Under the pieces are notes generated by a model. It was not told the origin of the DNA. It did not search any database and worked only from the letters and a program-made list of their open reading frames with translations. A stretch of DNA of 64,000 nt. It comes from Basidiobolus meristosporus CBS 931.73. Lineage: Eukaryota; Fungi; Basidiobolomycota. This document shows positions 36,801-47,803 of the stretch, piece after piece (position 1 is the stretch's first letter; each line of letters starts with the position of its first letter). Both the position numbers and the translations under genes were made by a program. The stretch is from the NCBI GenBank assembly GCA_002104905.1, contig MCFE01000174.1:62001-126000 (forward strand), given 5' to 3'.

Positions 36801-39800
36801 TCTTCATCCACTTCTGCAAAATTCATGGGATAAAGCAAGAGACTACTGCACCATACTCCCCACAGCAAAATGTAGTAGCAGAATGAGCTAACAGACCAAT
36901 AATTGATATGGCAAGATCTATGATCCATGATCAAAAATTATCCTATGATTTTTGGGCGGAATCAGTTGCCAATGCTGTATATCTTAAAAATAGGAGTTAT
37001 AACAGAATACTTTGAGATTCTACTCCATTTAAAGCATGGTATGGATACAGACCAAGTACAGAACATCTAAGAATATTTGGGTGTACAGCATATGCCAAAA
37101 AACAGGCCGGAAATCAGTCAAAATTTGAGCCAAAAAGTTTAAAATGCATATTTTTGGGCTACTGCAATGAGAGTAAGGCATACAGACTCTACAATACTAA
37201 AGCAAAGAAGCTTATCAAGTCCAGGGATGTGTTGTTGGATGAAAATTCAAAATTTTCACAAAAAAAGACATCAGACAATTACAAAAATTTGATCTCAAGT
37301 CCACCAATTGTCAGGATTGAATCAGAGCAAAACAATGAAGATTTTCTCACTCCAGAGGACTCTACAACTGTGGTTCAGCCAGAATTAGTGCCCAGGAATA
37401 TCCCAGAAGTGATCATTCCAGTATCAAATACCCAGAGATCCAATCGGACAAGAAATAGCCAAAATTACTACATCAATGAGGGTACAAACTTAGCCTATGC
37501 CTATTCAGTCCATATTGATGAACCCCAGACTGTAAAAGAGGCCCTAAATAGCCCTCAGACAAAGTTTTGGAGATCTGCAATGACTGAGGAATATCAGGCC
37601 CTGATGGAAAATCAAACTTGGGACTTAGTCAAATTACCAATCAACCAAAAATCAATTGGATGCAGATTGGTCTTCAAGACAAAATACAAGGCTGATGGTA
37701 CAGTTGAAAGATACAAGGCAAGACTTGTAGCCAAAGGATACTCTCAAACAAAAGGACTTGACTATACTGAGACCTTTGCACCGGTAGCCAAGTTTAATTC
37801 CATCAGTTTAATATTGGCTAATGCAGCCAAATATAAGTTTTTTATTCATCAAATGGATGTAAAAACTGCATCTTTGAATGGAGAACTTGATGAGGACGTG
37901 TATATGGACCAGCCTGATGGTTTGTTGACCAAGATAACCCCCATTTGGTCTGCAAGCTTAAAAAGTCACTATATGGTCTCAAACAATCACCAAGAGCCTG
38001 GAATTGCAAGATAGATTCTTATTTGGAATCTTTGAGTTTCAAGAGAAGTAATGCTGACTATAGTATATACTATAAGCCAGATAGAGCAAATCAAGTTCTA
38101 TTAGCTCTACATGTGGATGATCTTATTATAGCCGCCAATAACCTAGAAACATTGGAAGAGACTAAATCCAGCCTATGTAAGGAGTTCAAGATGTCTGATT
38201 TAGGAGAACTTAGTTACTACTTAGGGATTAAGTTCTCCATAAACAGAAGTACCCAGACTATTACCCTAAGCCAATCCAAGTATATTCAAGATATACTAAA
38301 GAAGTACAAAATGGAAGACTCTAAACCGGTAGCTACCCCAATGGAGACAAACCTTAACTTGGTCAAAACTCAACCAAATCAAGAGAGCTTGGTGCCATCT
38401 GAAAGCCCTGACATTCCTTATCAATCTATGGTCGGCAGTCTGATGTATATCATGCTTGAAACATGTCCAGATATCTCATATTCAGTGGGAGTTGTCAGCC
38501 AACATAATCAGAACTATGGATCTGATCATATTGCAGCAGTTAAGCGGATTTTTAGATACCTAAAAGGAACTGCTGATATCTGCTTAAGATACACTTATAA
38601 GGACTCAGAACAAGATCTTGTGGGACACTCTGATGCAGATTGGGGACAAAACTTAGAAGACAGAAGATCCACCACAGGATACACCTTTCTTTACTGTAAA
38701 GGAGCAATTTCATGGAATTCAAGAAAGCAACCAGCTGTAGCACTTTCCACCACAGAGGCAGAGTATATGGCAGCCTGTGAAGTTACAAAAGAAGCAATGT
38801 GATTAAGAAAGCTGTTTACAGATTTAGGCCTATGTCAAAAACGCCTATTACTTTATTTCAAGATAATCAAGGATGTATCAATTAGGTAGAAATCCAACTT
38901 TTCCTGCTAGAACCAAGCACATAGATATTAGACATCATTTCATACGTGAAGCTATAGAGAATAACTTAGTTAGCTTAGCTTACTGTCCTACAGATGAAAT
39001 GATTGCAGACATACTTACCAAACCATTAGCTAGAGACAAGTTTGAATATCTTAGGTCAAAATTAGGACTAGTCAGTATGAACATTTGGCTGAGTGGGAGT
39101 GCTGTAAAAATTTGTATTTCCCCCTAAATATTCACCTAACTTAGTCACTTAGATCATTACCTTCAAATCCTAGAGAATACTGACCAAATTCCTTGTCAGG
39201 ATTTACTTAGAATATTTTCACCAAAATACCAGGTACCTAGAACATGAAAATTCTCAAAGTTGCCCAAACAGCCCCAAACTCTGCACACATGTTCTTGGGA
39301 CCTTCCTTAACCTATTCTACGTGTTTGCAATGCTAAGATCAGGTAAAAGTATAAATACTACTTTTACATTCAATAAATCATTAAGTGACAACCACATAAT
39401 CTTCTTGTTCTCCCAATCACTTCCAATATCTCCAAGACTCTTACAACATTTAAGACAAAACACAAGGCCAGTGGTACAACTGAAAGATCAAAGCAAGACC
39501 AGTGGCCAAAGGATACTCTCCAGCAAAAGGACTTGACTGTACTGAGACCTCTGCACTGGTAGCCAAGTTCGATTCCATTAGATTCATATTGGCTTTTGCA
39601 GCCCATTATATGTTTTTTATATATCAAATGGATGTAAAAGCTGCATTTGTGAGTAGAGAATGGTATGATGATGTGTATATGGACCAGCCTGATGGGTTTG
39701 CAGTCAAAGATAACACACATTTGGTCTGCAAGCTTGAAAAGTCTCAATGTGAACTCAAACAATTGGCAGGAGCATGGGATTGCAAGATAGATTCTTATTT

Positions 39801-40636
39801 GGAATCACTGTATTTCCAAAGGAGTGATACTGACTATAGTGTATACTATAAGCCAGATAGAGCAAATCCATTACTATTAGCTTTATATGTGGATGATCTT
39901 ATTATAGCTGCCAAGAACCCTGAAACATTGGAAGAGACTCAGAGGTAGAGTATATGGCAGCCTGTGAGGTTACAAAAGAAGTAAGATGGCTAAGAAAGCT
40001 TATTAAAGACTTAGGTTTATGTCAAAAAATGACTATTACTTATTTCAAGATAATGAAGGATGTATACAATTAGGCAGAAATCCAACTTTTCATGCTAGCA
40101 CTAAGCACATAGATACTAGACATCATTTCATACATGAAGCAATTGAGAACAACTTGGAGAACTTAGCTTACTGTCCTACAGATGAAATGATTGCAGGTAT
40201 ATTTACCAAACCATTAGCTAGAGACAAGTTTGAATATCTTAGGTCAAAATTAGGACTAGTCAGTATGAACATTTAGTTGAGTGGCAGTGTTATAAATATT
40301 TGTAATTCCACCTAAATATTCACTTGACTAAGTTATTTGGATCAATACCTTCAAATCCTAGATAATATTGATCAAGTTCCTTATTTGAATTTACTTGGAA
40401 TGTTTTCATCTAAATATCAGGTGCCCAGAACATGAAAATTCTCAAAGCTGTCCCAACAGCCCCAAGCTCTACTCACAAGTTCTTGGGATCTTCCTAAACC
40501 TATTCTACATGTTTGCTATGCCATGACCATGTAAAAGTATAAGCACTACTTTTACATTCAATAAATCATTAAGCAAATACCACTTAATCTACTTGTTCTT
40601 ACAGTCACTTACAAGATCTCCAAGACTCTTACAACA
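33835..40636 (+). mobile_element. 5'-truncated older copia copy F (family E), host of copy E
   Basis: PR end, IN, and an RT split at TTTAA by copy E (KPIGCREVF|KTKHK), LYVDDL, RNase H end, 3' LTR 40288-40636. Confidence 0.88.
35191..39448 (+). mobile_element. Ty1/copia copy E (second family), both LTRs present, internal deletion in integrase
   Basis: LTRs 35191-35538 and 39100-39448 (about a dozen differences); TSD TTTAA; PBS 35539-35550; PPT GAGTGGGAG; gag CNYCKRKGH, PR WYIDSGAS, RT HVDDL; GAG-pre-integrase and IN N-terminus missing at ~36780. Confidence 0.95.
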
Positions 40637-40649
40637 CAAAATGACCTGT

Positions 40650-40900
40650 GTGGGAAATCACTGGTCATGATCTTTGCAATACTGCTTATGCTGAATACAT
40701 CCCTCATGGCTGAGAGGCTTGTTACAATAGCTACCTGGCCTTCTTTCTCTTTGTTTATGGTATTTAAGCAAAGTAGTCTTCTCCATAAGGCAAACAGCTT
40801 GATATTCAGCAATGTAACAGAATTATATCACCTTTTGTCAATATTGGTGTAAGTTTAAGATGGTTTGGTATAGGAAACAATGCTCCTTCATGAATGCAAC
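40650..40900 (-). pseudogene. Third copy of the CxxC ORF fragment
   Basis: CATGGCTGAGAGGCTTG and CAAAGTAGTCTT blocks homologous to 27600-27680; translates to SYCNKPLSHEGCIQHKQYCKDH. Confidence 0.7.
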
Positions 40901-42537
40901 ATTAAATGAAGACCCACTATAGCAAGCACTATATACAAAAAAGTGATACCACCTAAACATATATGTGTGACACTTATTCCCATATCTTAAGTGCAAGTGG
41001 GGTCATTTACTTTCATTTAGCAACTCATTGTATGTAGAAGTTGTATCTGTTCTCTTTTCTTGGCAAAGCAAACATCCATCATATGCCTAAAAAGCTCACA
41101 CCAGTATATGTGTAGACTTGGGCTTTTGGACTTCATTGAGAGTTTGCATGTCCTGGGTACCAAAATTTTGGTCAGCTATTCTAAGCAAGCCCCATCAAAG
41201 AATAGGGGCAAGATATTCTGATATTTACAATTTTGATCTAAGCAAATAAGTAAGTGAAATATTTAGGTATAAATATGCAATGTGCCACCAAAGAAAATCT
41301 TTATGTAAGAGGTGGAATAACTGGTACAACAAAGCATACCATATATTCTCACAATACTCTTAACAGTATCTTCTCCCAAAAGTAGTCACAGTCAAAAGAC
41401 TCATTACACAGGTAAGCAAAAGCAATAAATGCCTTACACATTGTTTCATACATCCTCCATACAAGCTCATCAATTGACCTATCATGAATAGAGACACTTT
41501 GTTAGAAATCTGAATATATGTAGTCAATGCCAGTCCATTATATGGGATTTGGAGTATATGAAGTGCATTGTTGACAGCAGTATGCAACAGGTACTCTGCA
41601 AAATCCTAGTTGAGGTCCTAGGAGTCCTATGTGAAGAGCTCAGCAATAGATCTTAGCATTAATCACCAATGTGGGTGATTTACAATGAAAAACTTTGGAT
41701 ACAGAGTGGACTGGATCCAATGGGACGTGGATAGCTGAAAACTGGTTCAATCTTTACTGGACTTCTGGAGAATTCAGAAGATTTGTGGCTCCAGGTTATT
41801 TTCAAATTGATATAGCTTGAAAAAGGGACATAAGTGATTAAGGACACACCAATCACTTTTTACTGTTTTGATCATCCATTCACTATTCTCCACAAACAGT
41901 GGTTGCAACGTTCAAGGCCTTGCCAATGGGGGAATATCTTGATGGTAATACAATTCCCAAGGCCGGCATTAGATGTCAGGAAATCAACCACAATGTCATA
42001 TACATGACTGATCCACGGTAATCTTTGATTTTCACAACGTTTCTTGCTTCCGTTGCTTTGCAGTGGATGATAGGTGTGCGAGAATGCTTAGGATGAGGGG
42101 ATATGGAAACTGACAATACAAGGCTCATCATAGCCCATTTTGCCACTACCACCTTACCATTCTATGGGAACCGAGCCCTTTCCTATAATACTCTAGAACG
42201 CACCAGCTTTTACTTCCCTCCCCAAAGGGCACCTGCGGTCCCCACTTTGCGGTTTTTCATGTCACTTCTGTGAACAACGTCCACTAGGCAGTGAATGCTT
42301 TTGCTGAAAGTCACCACCCACTGATTATCATGATTGAGTGAATCATTGACGTGGTACAACGGCGCCTACTTTATCTGGATTGTTCGTGTTTCATCCTACC
42401 ATCTATCCGAGCCTTAGCTCCCTGTAATTGGACCCGATCACCGAGAACCATGTCACCTGGTGTAGAGATCATCTCTTCCAGTCACGTGATCAGGGGTTTC
42501 CACTAAAAGATGTCATATTAGAGGATCACTCCGAACC

Positions 42538-42866
42538 ATGGAACCTGGCAAGCAACAGCAACTGTTGCTTTTTCTCAAGCTGCTAAACGAGCGATACAAC
42601 CAAACCCGACGATGGAAGACGACTTTTGAGCAGAAATTCAACCACCTACTGTTCTCCCAAGAGGATCACCTGCTTCAAACGCGACTGGTGAGCGCACTCC
42701 TCTCCCTGGAGCTGATAACCACTGAGATGGAGGAGCCGGACATTGAACATGTAGGAGTGAATCCAACCACCTCCCTTCAGATGTACCACCCCCACTAACC
42801 CGTTGTACTTTTCAGTCTCCAGCCACCGAGCGGCAGCGAAAAGCGCCGCTTACCGGGCTCACCTAG
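42538..42866 (+). CDS. Small hypothetical protein, probably two exons
   Basis: ATG ORF MEPGKQQQLLLFLKLLNERY...; downstream CTAAC branch point and TTTTCAG acceptor at 42815; CpG-normal context. Confidence 0.35.
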
Positions 42867-44086
42867 CGAAGTTCTCACCCTCCCCTCCTCATCCCTTCCC
42901 AGGACTTTAGCGCGTTGCACCGTGCCCACGTGAGCGGTGGAAATACATCCCACTCAGCATACCCACCCTCACAAGCTCGAACGAGAATTCTCCTTGGAAT
43001 AAAATGGATGCACTCGAGACATAGCGCATGAGAATGAACCTGAACATGAACACGATTCCCTCATCGACTGATAATCATGCCTAGAGATATCTATCACGAC
43101 GCCGCTTGTGGACGTAGGTAGGAGGTTATGGTCGTATTTAGCAGTCTTTGGTATCGGTATCGCCCAATGGTGGCTAGGAATCATAATCGATCTGATGCCA
43201 TCTACCATTTGGATTCATCTTGTTACCAATCCAAGGGTCACACTAGATCTTCTCTGGGTTGGGGATCCATTTACTGGCCAACATGCGCAGACACAGGTGG
43301 AGAGGATCTGGATGTGTAATGGTGGTAGTGTCAGTAGACGGTGTTGGCGGTAGTAGTGTCGGTGGTAGTGGCAGAGGTGGCGTCAGTGGAATCTAGTGAG
43401 ATTCGCTAATGTTAACAGCCGCGCTAAACATTCGATTGGATTGTGGTGTTGACAAGTGGCTTGCGGGCATGAGCGACAGGGGGCGAGGCTCATATGCATC
43501 TCATGTCCAAAACAGTGGACCACCCGGTGAGAGCCGATGAAACAGCCGAATAGTGGCTCCAGAATGGAGTCAGCAGAAGTAGGGAAGGCACCGGGAGTGG
43601 CTTTCTTTGACACAGATTTTATTATGGCTTCATGTACGATGGACTACTTTGGCCGCTTCCGATGTTTAGGGGACAGATCTAACAAAAGACACGAAGATCT
43701 GTTGCAATCCAACGTGTTTCGGTACAGCTGGCCAATGATCGAGGGGATGGATCTTCTGCATTAGCATCGTCCACCTCGAGATGGATTGTTGAATATTGGT
43801 CTGGTTGCGCTGGTTCATATTACAGCAGTGGCTTTGGTGCGGGTTGGCTGCAGATGTGTTTCTTGCCGAATACCTCACTCCATCCCTCGACCAATCATAC
43901 CCACCTCAAGTCAGCCCAAGATGGCCGTTTAGAAATGAGAATGCACCGCTTGCAAGCTCGCCGAGGGGAAGATGGTTTGATTTTCAAGGGAAATTCCCCT
44001 GCATCGGTTCCATCAGGAACATTTCTGACCTTCAATACCGTCAAAGGAGTCAATTAAACCAAACCAACCGGTGTTTCGAGCGAAGT

Positions 44087-44094
44087 TATAAAAG
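44087..44094 (+). promoter_or_regulatory. TATA box of the Gly-rich protein gene
   Basis: TATAAAAG 86 bp upstream of ATG 44173. Confidence 0.6.
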
Positions 44095-44172
44095 CGTGAC
44101 TGGCGATCCCCAGTAGAGCATCTTTCTATCCTATTTTGAAGACGATTGATTCTCAATTGAACTTTCCCAACC

Positions 44173-47100
44173 ATGAAAATCTCCGCCCCAAAGCTTTTGT
44201 TCATTCTTTCCGGAATTTCCGCCATCAGTGGTGCTGCTCTGCAACGCCGTCACAATGGTGAAATTCACGAAGTAACAAAGCCCGCATACGATATCAATGA
44301 TATCCTGGGTAACGGAGGAGGCGAAGGTCCGGGATCGAATTCTGGCAGCAACGGCGATTATGGCAAAGCAGGCAACGGTGCCGGCAAAGGTGACGAAGAA
44401 GAATGTGCAAACGGTCACGGAGAAACTGGGGGTAATGGAGGAGGTGCAGGTCCAGGTCCAGGATATGGTGCAGGACCTGGGGCCGGTGGAAACGGCGGCG
44501 GGTCAGGGCCTGGTGGTAATGGAGGTGGTGAAGGACCTGGATATGGCGCCGGCCCCGGAGCTAGCGGAAATGGCGGTGGTGCAGGTCCAGGATATGGTGC
44601 AAGCCCAGGAAATGGAGGAGGCGTAGCACCTGAAGGTGGAGCTGGTGGAAGCGGCGGGCCAACAACTTATGACACTGGAAATGGCGCTGGATCAGGCCCA
44701 GGTGGTAACGGTGGTGGAGCTGGTGGCAACGGAGGTGGCGAAGGTCCAGGATACGGTGCCGGTGGAAATGGTGGTGGTACTGGACCAACATCATATGATA
44801 CAGGAAGTGGTGCCGGATCTGGACCAGGAGGAAATGGTGGTGGTGGTGAAGGACCAGGATATGGCTCTGGCTCTGGGGCCGGTGGAAACGGAGGCGGTTC
44901 TGGTCCAGGATATGGGGCCGGACCTGGAAATGGTGGCGGCATAGCTCCTGGAGGCGGAGCTGGCTCAAGTGGTGGACCAACTTCATATGATACCGGAAGC
45001 GGTGCTGGCTCTGGACCGGGGGGTAATGGAGGCGGTGAAGGTCCAGGATATGGCTCTGGCCACGGGGATAGTGGAAATGGTGGAGGTTCCGGACCAGGTT
45101 ACGGTGCTGGCCCCGGAAATGGTGGTGGTGGTGGACCTACCTCATATGATACCGGAAGTGGTGCTGGTTCAGGACCTGGCGGCAATGGAGGCGGTGAAGG
45201 GCCAGGATATGGCGCTGGCCCCGGAACTGGCGGAAACGGCGGTGGTGAAGGGCCCGGTGGCAATGGAGGAGGTTCCGGACCAGGTTACGGTGCTGGCCCC
45301 GGAAATGGCGGTGGTGCTGCACCTGGTGGTGGAGCTGGTGGGAGTGGTGGACCTACTTCATATGATACCGGAAGTGGTGCTGGTTCAGGACCTGGCGGTA
45401 ATGGAGGCGGTGAAGGGCCAGGATATGGCGCTGGCCCCGGGACTGGTGGAAACGGTGGTGGTGAAGGGCCCGGTGGCAATGGAGGAGGTTCTGGACCAGG
45501 TTACGGTGCTGGCCCCGGAAATGGCGGTGGTGCTGCACCTGGAGGCGGAGTCGGCAGCAGCGGTGGACCAACTTCATATGATACCGGAAGCGATTCTGGA
45601 TCAGGGCCAGGTATTAGCGGCGGTGAGGGACCAGGTGCTGGTGGCAATGGAGGAGGCTCCGGACCAGGTTACGGTGCTGGCCCCGGAAATGGTGGTGGTG
45701 TAGCACCTGGTGGTGGAAGTGGTGGACCTACTTCATATGATACTGGCAATGGTGCCGGATCAGTACCAAGTGGTAATGGTGGTGGTTCTGGACCAGGATA
45801 TGGCTCTGGACCCGGGAATGGTGGTGGAGAGGCACCTGGTAGTGGTGCTGGAGGAAGTGGTGGACCAACTTCGTATGATACTGGCAATGGTGCCGGATCT
45901 GGACCGGGATATGGCGCTGGCCCTGGGGCTAGTGGAAACGGCGGAGGATCTGGACCGGGATATGGCGCTGGCCCTGGAGCTAGTGGAAACGGCGGAGGAT
46001 CTGGACCGGGATATGGCGCTGGCCCTGGAGCTAGTGGAAACGGCGGAGGATCTGGCCCAGGTGGTAATGGTGGCGGTTCTGGACCAGGATATAGCGCTGG
46101 ACCCGGAAATGGCGGTGGAGCTGGCGGAAGTGGTGGACCTACTTCGTATGATACCGGTAATGGTGCCGGATCAGGACCAGGTGGTAATGGCAGTGGTGAA
46201 GGGCCAGGATATGGCGCTGGCCCTGAGGCTGGTGGAAACGGTGGAGGATCCGGACCTGCTGAGAATGGAAGTGGTGAAGGACCAGGATACGGCGCTGGCC
46301 CCGGAAATGGTGGTGGTGTCGCGCCCGGTGGAAGTGGTGGGCCAACAAGCTATGATACTGGAAGCGGAGCTGGATCAGGACCAGGTGGTAATGGCGGTGG
46401 TGAAGCTCCTGGATATGGAGCTGGCCCTGGAGTTGGTGGAAACGGCGGAGGATCCGGACCTGGAGGGAACGGAGGTGGTGAAGGACCTGGATATGGTGCT
46501 GGACCCGGAGCTGGTGGAAATGGTGAAGGTGTAGCACCTGGAGGTGGGGCTGGTGGAAGCGGTGGGCCAACAAGCTATGATACTGGAAGCGGAGCTGGAT
46601 CAGGACCAGGTGGTAATGGCGGTGGTGAAGCTCCTGGATATGGAGCTGGCCCTGGAGTTGGTGGAAACGGCGGAGGATCCGGACCTGGAGGGAACGGAGG
46701 TGGTGAAGGACCTGGATATGGCGCTGGACCCGGAGCTGGTGGAAATGGTGAAGGTGTAGCACCTGGAGGTGGGGCTGGTGGAAGCGGTGGGCCAACAAGC
46801 TATGATACTGGAAGCGGAGCTGGATCAGGACCAGGTGGTAACAGCGGTGGTGAAGGTCCTGGATATGGAGCTGGTCCTGGAGTTGGTGGGAATGGAGGTG
46901 GCGAAGGACCTGGATATGGCGCTGGACCCGGAGCTGGTGGAAATGGTGGAGGTGTAGCACCTGGAGGTTGGGCTGGTGGAAACGGTGGGCCAGCAACTTA
47001 CAACACTGGAAGTGGCTCTGGGACAGGACCTAGTGGTAACGGTGGTGGTGAGGGACCAGGATACGGAGCCGGTCCTGGGGCTGGTGGAAATGGCGGAGGT

Positions 47101-47277
47101 GAAGGACCCGGTTATGGCGCTGGTCCAGGAGCTGGTGGAAACGGAGGCGGTGAAGCACCAGGATACGGGACTGGTCCAGGAGCCGGAGTTGGGGGTAACG
47201 GAGGCGGAGTAGGACCCGGAGCTGGAGCTGGAGGAGGCTTCTACGATACCTCCAACGTGTTTGATATCGACTTCTAG
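44173..47277 (+). CDS. Secreted 1034-aa glycine-rich repetitive structural protein (resilin/flagelliform-silk-like composition)
   Basis: Single uninterrupted ORF; hydrophobic signal peptide, then QRR; GGNGGG(E/S)GPGYGAGPG repeats with 12 GPT(S/T)YDT spacers; variation concentrated at third codon positions. Confidence 0.93.
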   Translation: MKISAPKLLFILSGISAISGAALQRRHNGEIHEVTKPAYDINDILGNGGGEGPGSNSGSNGDYGKAGNGAGKGDEEECANGHGETGGNGGGAGPGPGYGAGPGAGGNGGGSGPGGNGGGEGPGYGAGPGASGNGGGAGPGYGASPGNGGGVAPEGGAGGSGGPTTYDTGNGAGSGPGGNGGGAGGNGGGEGPGYGAGGNGGGTGPTSYDTGSGAGSGPGGNGGGGEGPGYGSGSGAGGNGGGSGPGYGAGPGNGGGIAPGGGAGSSGGPTSYDTGSGAGSGPGGNGGGEGPGYGSGHGDSGNGGGSGPGYGAGPGNGGGGGPTSYDTGSGAGSGPGGNGGGEGPGYGAGPGTGGNGGGEGPGGNGGGSGPGYGAGPGNGGGAAPGGGAGGSGGPTSYDTGSGAGSGPGGNGGGEGPGYGAGPGTGGNGGGEGPGGNGGGSGPGYGAGPGNGGGAAPGGGVGSSGGPTSYDTGSDSGSGPGISGGEGPGAGGNGGGSGPGYGAGPGNGGGVAPGGGSGGPTSYDTGNGAGSVPSGNGGGSGPGYGSGPGNGGGEAPGSGAGGSGGPTSYDTGNGAGSGPGYGAGPGASGNGGGSGPGYGAGPGASGNGGGSGPGYGAGPGASGNGGGSGPGGNGGGSGPGYSAGPGNGGGAGGSGGPTSYDTGNGAGSGPGGNGSGEGPGYGAGPEAGGNGGGSGPAENGSGEGPGYGAGPGNGGGVAPGGSGGPTSYDTGSGAGSGPGGNGGGEAPGYGAGPGVGGNGGGSGPGGNGGGEGPGYGAGPGAGGNGEGVAPGGGAGGSGGPTSYDTGSGAGSGPGGNGGGEAPGYGAGPGVGGNGGGSGPGGNGGGEGPGYGAGPGAGGNGEGVAPGGGAGGSGGPTSYDTGSGAGSGPGGNSGGEGPGYGAGPGVGGNGGGEGPGYGAGPGAGGNGGGVAPGGWAGGNGGPATYNTGSGSGTGPSGNGGGEGPGYGAGPGAGGNGGGEGPGYGAGPGAGGNGGGEAPGYGTGPGAGVGGNGGGVGPGAGAGGGFYDTSNVFDIDF

Positions 47278-47803
47278 ACTTACGTTACCCATTCCTCTCC
47301 CCCCTCCTCCTGAATTATTCAGTGCTTACCTATATTCCATACTTATCCAAATTCCAACATTTCGAGATATCATAGATAGAAATAAATTACTTCTCAGCGT
47401 CTATCCCTGCATCAGTTTGAGCTCAGCCTATTACCCCTGTTGGTTGACTGGCCCTGCCAGGTGTGGCTCGTCCTTTCAAGAGTATTTCCGGAAACGCCAA
47501 GCTGGGTTAGGTTATGGAGGATTTTATCATGGGTTGTTTACTTTTGGGTTAGATTGTTGGGTGTGGACAAGGTTAAAGGAATTGTGATAGGTGAGACAGT
47601 AGGAATTAAGGGCGGCCGGATGACGTCATGATTCAGGTGGGGAAGGGGGTGGATTACAACAATTAAATTCAGTTGATATTACAATGTGACTAGTGATTCC
47701 AAAATGAAGTATGTTACAGGATTTCCAATTGATATGTACAAATTAATATGGATATTTTTGTGTATGTACCAGGTGCATGAAGATAGTGATAGGGTTTCAA
47801 GCA

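Noticed and set aside
43796-44116. Secreted-looking ORF MVWLRWFILQQWLWCGLAA...
   Set aside because: No ATG (TTG start, in-frame stop just upstream), and it overlaps the TATA/promoter of the Gly-rich gene
44297-47212. Long alternative-frame and antisense ORFs (V/E/M/D-rich, H/L/Q-rich, Pro-rich) overlapping the Gly-rich gene
   Set aside because: Expected shadows of GGN-rich repeats that lack stop codons in other frames
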